This document shows, in pieces, positions 57,092 to 64,000 of a stretch of DNA of 64,000 nt. Positions within the stretch are counted from its first letter, which is position 1. Each line of letters begins with the position of its first letter. Source of the DNA: Planctomycetota bacterium (lineage in GTDB: Bacteria > Planctomycetota > SZUA-567 > H5-PLA8); assembly GCA_038227875.1 (NCBI GenBank), contig JBBRPR010000028.1, forward strand, positions 40,559 to 104,558, given 5' to 3'. The translations under genes were made by a program, and so were the position numbers. Under the pieces are notes generated by a model. That model made no database searches, was not told the origin of the DNA, and saw only the letters and a program-made list of their open reading frames with translations.

Positions 57092-58410
57092 AGTTCCGCC
57101 ACCCCCAGTTCCAGATCGGCGAGGGTCAGGACGGTGCCGACCAGCGGATCGAGGGCCGGCTTCAAGGTGTTGCGGCCGTCGTCGACGACGATCACTTTGA
57201 CGCCGACGCCCTGGTTGAGCAGCTTCTGGACGAACTCGCGCCGCGTCTCGGTCCAGTCGATGAAGACGCAGATGACGCTGGAGATCCGCGAGAGGGTCTC
57301 GCTCAGCTCCGGCTCGATGGTGGCGAAGGGTTCGTCCGGGTTCTCCTTCACGCAGGCGAGGATGTCGAGGATCTGGTCGAGGTAGGCGAGGCTGCGCCCG
57401 GCCATGAGATGGTAGAGGTTCGGACCCGCCGCGAAGAGGTCGACGATGTACTCCTGCCGCGCGAGGTAGTCGCCGACCGCCGCGCTGAGCGAGACGGCGT
57501 GTTCGAAGGCTTCGGCGCGCAGCACCGGCGCTTTCTTCGGAACGTGCGTGTCGAGGATCACCGCGACGCGCAGGAGGTACTCCTCCTTGTATTCGCGGAC
57601 GATGGGCGTGTTCAGGCGCGCGGTGGCGTGCCAGTCGATGTCGCGGATGTTGTCGCCTTCGCGGTATTCGCGGTTGCCGACGAAGTCGACCGAATCGCCG
57701 AGCACGGAGGCCAGCGCCACGCCGCCGGGCTGGTAGCGCCGGCCGGAGGCCAGTTCCATGCGCGTGAGCGGATGGAAGCGCGGGTAAACCAGCAGCGAGC
57801 GCGGCCGGGAGAAGATGCGGTACGTGCGGAAGATGCCGAAGGGGAAGTCGGTCTCGACGCGGTGGCCCTGCAGCACGTATTCGCCGCGGTACTGGCACTT
57901 GAGCGCCAGGCGCACGCGGTGTTTCTCACCCTTGCGCAGCAGCGGCAGGGCCGCGCCTTCGTCGGGGACGACGTCGATGCCCGGCGGCAGGCGGTGGGCG
58001 AGCACCGCCGCGTCGCGCAGCGCCCGACCGCTCTGGTTTTCGAATTCGAAATCCACCGGGAGCAGTTCTCCTGCGCAGACGCGGTCGGCCTGATGGACGG
58101 TGAGCGCACCTTTGGGGCAGTAGTAGATCCCGAAGATCAGGGCCACCAGCCAGACGCCGAAGACATAGGAGAGCGGGATGAAGGTCTGGAATTCCAGCGA
58201 CGCCGACGTGTACATCAGGAAGCCGAGCGTCGGCCAAACCAGCCAGCGCCCGGCCTGGGTGAGGCGCCAGACGTAGGCGCGCCAGACAAAGCGCATGACG
58301 ACGCTGCGAAACATGGGGTGTCCGCGGGTGTCGGCGGTGGCGGACATCGACGGGAAGCTCATGAAGGAGTTCGCGTCGCGGGTCAGCCGGGGTTTGGGGG
58401 GCGCGGGCAT
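57088..58410 (-). CDS. DUF58 family protein
   Basis: FPFGIF, LLVYP, REYREGDNIRDIDWHATAR and VILDT. Confidence 0.9.
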   Translation of the reverse strand: MPAPPKPRLTRDANSFMSFPSMSATADTRGHPMFRSVVMRFVWRAYVWRLTQAGRWLVWPTLGFLMYTSASLEFQTFIPLSYVFGVWLVALIFGIYYCPKGALTVHQADRVCAGELLPVDFEFENQSGRALRDAAVLAHRLPPGIDVVPDEGAALPLLRKGEKHRVRLALKCQYRGEYVLQGHRVETDFPFGIFRTYRIFSRPRSLLVYPRFHPLTRMELASGRRYQPGGVALASVLGDSVDFVGNREYREGDNIRDIDWHATARLNTPIVREYKEEYLLRVAVILDTHVPKKAPVLRAEAFEHAVSLSAAVGDYLARQEYIVDLFAAGPNLYHLMAGRSLAYLDQILDILACVKENPDEPFATIEPELSETLSRISSVICVFIDWTETRREFVQKLLNQGVGVKVIVVDDGRNTLKPALDPLVGTVLTLADLELGVAEL

Positions 58411-58554
58411 CGGTTCTCTCTAGTGCTGTGGTTCAAGAGTATACGTACAGGGTTGTGGGAGAGTTGCGTTAGTATTGCGGATTTCGGATTGCGGATTGGG
58501 TGGGGTCGCGTGCCTCCGGGAGTGTGGGTTGTGGGATGGGGTTGTACCTCGTGC

Positions 58555-58584
58555 AATGTTACGGAATGTTACCAAATGTTACAG
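58555..58584. repeat. 3 x 10-bp tandem repeat AATGTTACnn
   Basis: aatgttacgg aatgttacca aatgttacag. Confidence 0.7.
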
Positions 58585-59183
58585 GGGCGGGGTTCTCCTC
58601 TATAGGTGCACAAGATGCTTGAGGTATCTGCACGGCTCGGAAATCTCTGTCCGGCGAAAAGTTGTCGGTGGTCGGTGGGGGGCGTGCGGCGTGTGCATGG
58701 TGGTGTCCTTTAAAATGTTCGTGTGCGAGGTTGGGGTTGGAGTCTGGCTAAAAGTGGTCGGTACGACGGGTGGCGCTTCGTGCTGGCGGCAGAAATGAAC
58801 CGGGGACGGGCATAAACGACAGCATCGCATATTTTCCTATTGTATTAAGCAACTCTCGAACCCAAAAGTCAAGTGTTATTTTCTAGATTCGATATAAAGA
58901 TTTTATAATACAGGATGTGCAGCAGTGCACGGGGTGAAGCGTGGCAAGCTCGCTCGATTGGAAGAGTTCCAAATCTCACGCTAAGCCGCTAAGCCGCAAA
59001 GAACTGCCTACTGCTTATGGGCGGAAGGAATGGAGCCTCCTCTCTTTTGCGTTTTGTGGGCTGTGGCGAGGTCGCGGGGTTTCGCATGTGTTTGTCGTCG
59101 GGTTGAGATTTTGGCGGCGCCACAGGCTTCTGGAGTGCGAATGTGGGGCCACTTGCGAGAGGGCGCGTCGCGGGCTGGTGATT

Positions 59184-59265
59184 GCGCTCTTTCAGCGCTC
59201 TGTGGATCTCCGGGGGCTTTTCCAGGGGCGTTGCCCCTGGCTTTCACATTGCGCCCCTTTGGGGC
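59184..59265. repeat. Three-hairpin REP-like element (family C, diverged copy)
   Basis: gcgctctttcagcgc … ccaggggcgttgcccctgg … gcccctttggggc. Confidence 0.65.
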
Positions 59266-59530
59266 TACGGAACGGGCTTCATGCGAAATCGCGATTTTCC
59301 TATTATATCTATGCGGTCGAGAAATTCAAAAATCAAGTATAATCTTTAAAATTCATATGTAAAACTTAATTAATTTCGATCTTAAGGAGTTGTGAGAATT
59401 TGAGCGCTCGGGTTTTCATGGTGCAGTCTATTTCCATTTCCATTTCCAATGGGCTTGGAGTGCGGAGTGGTGATGAAGAGTGTCCATTTATAATAAGCGG
59501 TGATTGAACCCGAAAATCAAGGGAAATCTG

Positions 59531-59610
59531 GTGAATGAGCTAATTTGAGCTGAAATGAGCGTGTTTGAGCAGGAATGAGCGTAAACGAGCACGAATGAGC
59601 GTGAATGAGC
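59531..59610. repeat. 8 x 10-bp tandem repeat ending in (T/C)GAGC
   Basis: gtgaatgagc taatttgagc tgaaatgagc gtgtttgagc aggaatgagc gtaaacgagc acgaatgagc gtgaatgagc. Confidence 0.85.
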
Positions 59611-59695
59611 AGCTTTTGTGTTGGATGGCGCGTGGCACGAATTCTTAATTGAGTAGCACGCGATGGGATTTCTGGCGGGTTCAGGCAGTGCAATC

Positions 59696-59783
59696 GATAG
59701 TTCGGGCTTTCAGCCCTTAACCGCGATCCGGCGCTGGTTCCTGGGGCGTTGCCCCAGGCTGGTATGGCGGTGGGCCTTTGGCC
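59696..59783. repeat. 88-bp three-hairpin element (family C), direct repeat copy 1
   Basis: gggctttcagccc … cctggggcgttgccccagg … gggcctttggcc. Six mismatches to 60656-60743 by hand alignment. Confidence 0.85.
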
Positions 59784-59883
59784 CTTAAACTCCAGGCGGC
59801 GCGGCGCGGCGATTGGATGAATTTCTTCTCGAGATCAATGGTGCTCAACAACGGCCGGAAAGACCGGCTGTTTGGTACCGCGT

Positions 59884-60348
59884 CTATTTCTTTTCCATTG
59901 CTGCGAGGTCGCGCTGTAATTCCTGTGCAAGCGCTTTATCCGATTCGCCAATCGGGGCCTTTAGCCTGCTGATTGGAATGCGACCGTATGGATTGTTGAG
60001 CAGTTTCAGCACTTCGGCGGCATCTACTTCCTGATACCGGTAGAATTTTTCCTGGAAAAAGAGGGTTTGAGTACCAGCGCGGATCTCATCCTTTGCGATG
60101 GGCGCACGCTCGGACTTCAATTCCCAGATGGAATCGCGTTTGTAGGTAATAATGACGACTGCTTCATTGTCCGTTGCGCTGGTCAACGGCGTGCGCGTCA
60201 CAAGCAACGGAATGTAACTGGTCTCCTCGTACTTGTCGGCCGCCTTCACGGTTAAATAGTACGCGTGTCGCAGCGGCATTTCGTCCGCGCCCCGGAGGCT
60301 TGCCGTAAGTGAACTGCAACAACACAGGCCAAGAATCAGCACCCGCAT
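59884..60348 (-). CDS. Secreted hypothetical protein
   Basis: Signal-peptide-like MRVLILGLCCCSSLTASLRGA. GGAGG upstream. Confidence 0.6.
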   Translation of the reverse strand: MRVLILGLCCCSSLTASLRGADEMPLRHAYYLTVKAADKYEETSYIPLLVTRTPLTSATDNEAVVIITYKRDSIWELKSERAPIAKDEIRAGTQTLFFQEKFYRYQEVDAAEVLKLLNNPYGRIPISRLKAPIGESDKALAQELQRDLAAMEKK

Positions 60349-60655
60349 TCCGATCACCCTCCATACAGCGGGCCATTGTACTGGCGGACGGTAAGCGCAG
60401 GGTAACAACCTTGTCACGGGTTAGTGATCAGGAGCGGACGGAGAGAGGCGATTGAGGGCGCGTTTTTAAGTTGTCCCTTCAGGACAACTTCGAAATCGGG
60501 GCGCTCTTTCCAGGGCGGCGGAGCATGGACGCATGCGCGTCCGTGCTCCTTCGCCCTTCGCTGATGAAAGCGGACCCGTTGGGTCCAACATAGTTTTCAA
60601 GATGCGCGGAATCGCGGAAGGGGCGGCCAACGACATCGAATCGCGCGGTGAGGTT

Positions 60656-60743
60656 GATAGTTCGGGCTTTAAGCCCTTAACCGCGATTCGGCGCTTTTTC
60701 CTGGGGCGTTGCCCCAGGCTGGTATCGCGGCGGGCCTTTGGCC
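60656..60743. repeat. 88-bp three-hairpin element (family C), direct repeat copy 2
   Basis: Lies 960 bp from copy 1 in the same orientation. Confidence 0.85.
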
Positions 60744-60827
60744 ATTGGAGGTGCGACGCGAAGCGCGGCAAATGTAATGTGGTGTCGCCAGCTCTGCGAT
60801 TACAACGGCTGCGAGCAGTTGGGTTGG

Positions 60828-61097
60828 TCAGGACAGCCATCGGACGCTTGTTGTCCGTTCGACGTAGGCGATTGCATCCGTGATCGTCGGGAAATGGCCC
60901 GCTCGTCCGGAAAACTTTCCTTTCTCGGCGCTCGACTCCCATAAGACGTAGTAGCAGTCGATGAGGCGGTCTGTTTCGGTAGTTCCGTCGGGGTAATTCC
61001 AGTGATCGGCGGTATCGGACTTCACGATCCTGACTTCGCAGTCAACCGATCCGTCGTAGAGCCATGTACCGTGTCGGACGATGGGATTCGCGCTCAT
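60828..61097 (-). CDS. Small soluble hypothetical protein, last gene of the coupled array
   Basis: MSANPIVRHGTWLYDGSVDCEVRIVK… (89 aa). ATG overlaps the TGA of the upstream gene. Confidence 0.7.
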   Translation of the reverse strand: MSANPIVRHGTWLYDGSVDCEVRIVKSDTADHWNYPDGTTETDRLIDCYYVLWESSAEKGKFSGRAGHFPTITDAIAYVERTTSVRWLS

Positions 61098-61492
61098 GGC
61101 TTGCGGGCCTCGCGGCGGCGGAGGAGGAATTCGGTGATGGCGGCGACGGCGGCGAGGATGGCTATTCCTGAAATCGAATTCAGGATCATGGAGGTTTGGT
61201 TCCACGTGACTACGGGTGGCAAGATTATTGATTCAAAATAGGTTTCGTGCGTCGATACAGCGCGATAAAAGTCGAGCGGCCATCCCTGCACGGTTGATTC
61301 AACGATCTGTGTGTAGGCGGGGTGACCCGTTTCGCCGGGCGGGAGCGGAGGTACGGTCGCCGGAATTTTATTGTAGTCCACCTTTTCGACGCGCCGCATA
61401 TTCAACCCAATCAACCCGCCTGCCGTGAACATCAGCAGCACCGCGGTCAGGAGGTGGAAGCGAAGCCACTTGCGCGTGGAGGCATCACTCAT
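61094..61492 (-). CDS. Array member 7: two-TM protein (FHLLTAV…GWP…RRREARKP)
   Basis: 132 aa with conserved ends. ATGA overlaps on both sides. Confidence 0.85.
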   Translation of the reverse strand: MSDASTRKWLRFHLLTAVLLMFTAGGLIGLNMRRVEKVDYNKIPATVPPLPPGETGHPAYTQIVESTVQGWPLDFYRAVSTHETYFESIILPPVVTWNQTSMILNSISGIAILAAVAAITEFLLRRREARKP

Positions 61493-61917
61493 GGCTTGCG
61501 AGCCTCACGGCGGCGGATGAGGAACTCGGAGGCGACGGTGACGGCGGCGAGGATGGTTATTCCGGAAATCGAATTCAGGATCATGTAAGTTTGGTTCCAC
61601 GTGACTACGGGTGGCAGGACAGCGGTCATCTGCGGCTGCGCTGATTCAAAATAGGCGTCGTGCGCCGACGCAGCGCGATAAAAGTTGAGTGGCCATCCCT
61701 GTATGGATGATTCAACTACCTCTGTGTAGGCTGGGTGAAAATTATTGCAGAAATTCGTTCCGGCGGGCGGAAGCGGCGGTACGGTCGCTGGAATTTCCTT
61801 GTAATCCACCTTTTCGACGCGCCGCAGATTCAACCCAATCAACCCGCCCGCCGCGAACATCATCAGCACCGCCGTCAGCAGGTGGAAGCGGAACCATGAG
61901 CGAGGCGTGTCTGTCAT
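61489..61917 (-). CDS. Array member 6: two-TM protein, close paralog of member 7
   Basis: 142 aa: WFRFHLLTAVLMM…QGWPLNFY…SEFLIRRREARKP. Confidence 0.85.
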   Translation of the reverse strand: MTDTPRSWFRFHLLTAVLMMFAAGGLIGLNLRRVEKVDYKEIPATVPPLPPAGTNFCNNFHPAYTEVVESSIQGWPLNFYRAASAHDAYFESAQPQMTAVLPPVVTWNQTYMILNSISGITILAAVTVASEFLIRRREARKP

Positions 61918-61919
61918 GG

Positions 61920-62462
61920 TTAGAAGCGTTTCTTCGCAATCTCAGCGGGCTTCACTGGCTCTGGCTTCATTTCAATGCCCTTGGCCTTAAGGCTCGCGGC
62001 GGTTTGTTTCAACCGCGTTTGGAATTCGTCTTCGCTCATAAACACGTCGTCGGTCGAGCCGAGCAGCACGTTGCGGCCCGCTTTCGCTTGGGATTCTGGC
62101 GGGTTCTCATACAGCACGATATTGGAACTGTCGCCAGGAGTTGAGCCGGGGATGTAAATGTAACCTGCCTCCTGGCTCTCCCACCCCGGACGCACAAAAC
62201 ATCGGGTGTCTGCAACATAGTAGGGGTAAAGATCGCCGAGATGGACTGGATTAGAATTATTAAATGTCGGAACGTCTGCGTACATCAACATGGCCTTTCC
62301 AACCGCGTTCATAATTCGTCCGCTTTCGGACCTGTGCGCGGCCTCACGGGTGCGGCCGATTGCAGATATCGACCCAAGCAGTAAGGCCCCACCGACGACA
62401 AAGATAACTACAGCCGTTGATAAACGGAACTGGGACCACGAACGCTTGGGCTTCTCGCTCAT
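61920..62462 (-). CDS. Array member 5: array leader fused to a pseudopilin/DUF1559-like body
   Basis: MSEKPKRSWSQFRLSTAV leader, then GRTREAAHRS…VGKAMLMYAD…LYPYYV…GRNVLL. Lacks the RRREARKP tail. Confidence 0.7.
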   Translation of the reverse strand: MSEKPKRSWSQFRLSTAVVIFVVGGALLLGSISAIGRTREAAHRSESGRIMNAVGKAMLMYADVPTFNNSNPVHLGDLYPYYVADTRCFVRPGWESQEAGYIYIPGSTPGDSSNIVLYENPPESQAKAGRNVLLGSTDDVFMSEDEFQTRLKQTAASLKAKGIEMKPEPVKPAEIAKKRF

Positions 62463-62764
62463 GGCTTGCGGGCCTCACGGCGGCGGAGGACGGACTCGGA
62501 AATGAACGCCATAAATCCCATAGCCGACACGGCGATCCCGACATCGAGCAGCGCGACCAGTACTTCCGACGCCGCGCCTAATCGAGCATCGGCGTCATTG
62601 TCTCGTGTAGCCCAATAGAACTTTAGCGGCCATCCAACAATGAACACGGGGTCGGCATAAACATAATGTAAATTCTGAAAAATGAAGAACGTTGCAACGA
62701 ACATCATCAGCACCGCCGTCAGCAAGTGGAACCTGAACCATGGGCGCATGGGGCTGGAGCTCAT
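62459..62764 (-). CDS. Array member 4: two-TM protein
   Basis: MSSSPMRPWFRFHLLTAVLMM…VGWPLKFY…SESVLRRREARKP (101 aa). Confidence 0.85.
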   Translation of the reverse strand: MSSSPMRPWFRFHLLTAVLMMFVATFFIFQNLHYVYADPVFIVGWPLKFYWATRDNDADARLGAASEVLVALLDVGIAVSAMGFMAFISESVLRRREARKP

Positions 62765-63099
62765 AGCTTGCGGGCCTCGCGGCGGCGGATGAAGTATTCC
62801 GAGAGGACTCCAAGTATGACGACTATTCCGATTGCAATGACAGCATTCAGAGCAACTACCCGCCAATCGGTATTTGGGGAGACATACGGCACCGTATAAA
62901 CGTATTCATTGAACACTGTTCCGACAGGTTGCTTTACCTGAACAAGCGTTCGAAGAGGCCAGCCCCACTCGATGTGCCAACCGTTTGGTTCGTGCCAGTA
63001 GTCTCTTCTGGTGTTGATCCATAACATGGTTCCCGCCCCAACCATCATCAGCACCGCCGTCAGCAAGTGGAACCTGAACCATGGGCGCTTATCGTTCAT
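62761..63099 (-). CDS. Array member 3: two-TM protein
   Basis: MNDKRPWFRFHLLTAVLMM…WGWPLRT…SEYFIRRREARKL. Confidence 0.85.
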   Translation of the reverse strand: MNDKRPWFRFHLLTAVLMMVGAGTMLWINTRRDYWHEPNGWHIEWGWPLRTLVQVKQPVGTVFNEYVYTVPYVSPNTDWRVVALNAVIAIGIVVILGVLSEYFIRRREARKL

Positions 63100-63461
63100 G
63101 GTTTGCGGTCCTCGCGGCGGCGGAGGATGGACTCAACCAGAACTCCAGTAAAAATTGAACATCCAAGCGCAACGGCAATATCGATCAACAGTGCATAGCG
63201 GAGATTGATGGCAAAGTTTTGCCTTGTCCAAATGGTTTCGCGCAAATCATCAAACGGTCCACCGCCGTCAATTTCAAATTGGAGCGGCCAACCGCGCACA
63301 CGCAAACTGTCGTCCCAGGTGGTTGAGAGGCCCCACGTTCTAATTTCATGTTCCGCACGCGGTATTGTAAATAGGAGCAGGAGGAGTCCAAGCGTCGCCG
63401 ACGTTGCAATCGCCGTGCTGAGATGGAACTGCCAGAATTTTCGCTTCGGCTTTTCGCTCAT
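63096..63461 (-). CDS. Array member 2: two-TM protein
   Basis: MSEKPKRKFWQFHLSTAI…RGWPLQF…ESILRRREDRKP (121 aa). Confidence 0.85.
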   Translation of the reverse strand: MSEKPKRKFWQFHLSTAIATSATLGLLLLLFTIPRAEHEIRTWGLSTTWDDSLRVRGWPLQFEIDGGGPFDDLRETIWTRQNFAINLRYALLIDIAVALGCSIFTGVLVESILRRREDRKP

Positions 63462-63835
63462 GGCTGGCGGGCTTCGCGGCGGCGGAGGAGGGATTCGGAG
63501 ACGAGCGCGACGGCGGCCAGACCCAATGAGCCAATGCAAACGTCATAGATGAGGTGTTCCGTCACATATCCGCTTGCGTTGTATTTATCCATCGTCCCCA
63601 CCTCCAGCCCCAGGTTTCTCCCCAGCGGAGGATACTCGGTCTCGTATGCCGCAACCCACGGCCAGCCCCAATAGCGGTGGTGCATCACGCCCCTTTCGTT
63701 ATAAAACTCAACCGCTCGTGTGGGCCCTTCATATCCTCTCAAGTTCGCCCACATAATACCGCCCGCCGCCAGCATCATCAGCACCGCCGTCAGCAAGTGG
63801 AACCTGAACCACGGGCGCCTGGTGTTATCGCTCAT
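63458..63835 (-). CDS. Array member 1: two-TM protein
   Basis: MSDNTRRPWFRFHLLTAVLMM…WGWPWVA…SESLLRRREARQP. Confidence 0.85.
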   Translation of the reverse strand: MSDNTRRPWFRFHLLTAVLMMLAAGGIMWANLRGYEGPTRAVEFYNERGVMHHRYWGWPWVAAYETEYPPLGRNLGLEVGTMDKYNASGYVTEHLIYDVCIGSLGLAAVALVSESLLRRREARQP

Positions 63836-63875
63836 GGCTTGCGGCCCTCGCGGCGGCGGAGGAGGGATTCGGAGA
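63832..63875 (-). repeat. Orphan 3'-end half of the array junction repeat (encodes SESLLRRREGRKP*)
   Basis: Matches the gene-end repeat, but the in-frame upstream sequence has no TM helix or GWP motif and runs into a REP-like sequence. Confidence 0.7.
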
Positions 63876-63950
63876 GACAGGCAGGAAGCGTCCCACTGAT
63901 TGTTGAAAATTGAAGAGCGTCCCGTGCCGATGAAGAAAGGTATGGGAGCG

Positions 63951-64000
63951 ATGAAAATGGAAAGTGACGAGATAGTGGAAGAGGTTGGCAGGATGGGGCC
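63951..64000 (+). CDS. Possible start of a small divergent protein (MKMESDEIVEEVGRM…), truncated by the window edge
   Basis: GGAG 5' of the ATG. Only 16 codons are visible. Confidence 0.3.
   Translation, partial: MKMESDEIVEEVGRMG

Noticed and set aside
57092..57898. N-terminal extension of the 929-aa transglutaminase ORF
   Set aside because: It overlaps DUF58 in another frame and is Arg/Pro-rich noise. The GTG start at 57091 overlapping the DUF58 stop is more plausible.
58475..59362. Several 76-133-aa ORFs in the gap
   Set aside because: Atypical composition, mutual overlap, they cross repeats, and they have no motifs.
60466..60942. 158-aa and 116-aa ORFs across the family-C repeat
   Set aside because: They translate the palindromic repeat and overlap the better-supported gene 60828-61097.
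62765..63539. Extended starts of array ORFs (…PPPPRGPQAM)
   Set aside because: These are alternative-frame readings of the upstream gene's tail. The ATGA-overlap starts give consistent family N-termini.
61094..63875. Junction repeats as a CRISPR array
   Set aside because: The repeats are protein-coding and degenerate, the spacers are 200-450 bp of in-frame ORF, and no cas genes are present.
59696..63875. Integron or diversity-generating retroelement
   Set aside because: No integron integrase or reverse transcriptase is in the window, there are no intergenic attC-like sites between the overlapping genes, and no template/variable repeat pair differs only at adenines.

Overview
This is a GC-rich bacterial chromosomal window. 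The ECF sigma/anti-sigma repertoire, PKD proteins and palindromic repeats suggest Planctomycetota, which is inference only. Positions 1-58.4 kb are densely coding: two PKD-domain secreted proteins, an acyl-CoA synthetase, a GH94-like phosphorylase, four ECF sigma genes and four anti-sigma-like genes (one fused to VIT/vWA, one to a thioester alpha-2-macroglobulin), two divergent AraC/PhyH pairs, a chelatase-like AAA ATPase, HisN, an NtrC-type regulator, Dus, a TLC-like transporter, C39 and C45 peptidases, and DUF58 plus transglutaminase. A chimeric pseudogene scar lies at 36.5-36.95 kb, and two families of inverted REP doublets are present. Positions 58.4-60.8 kb are mostly non-coding and repeat-rich. 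The most striking feature is at 60.8-63.9 kb: a cassette-like, translationally coupled minus-strand array of small membrane-protein genes. They have near-invariant ends (…WFRFHLLTAVLMM… and …SE.L.RRREARKP*), hypervariable middles and a conserved ~100-bp junction repeat. No rRNA, tRNA, CRISPR array, integrase or transposase was recognised.
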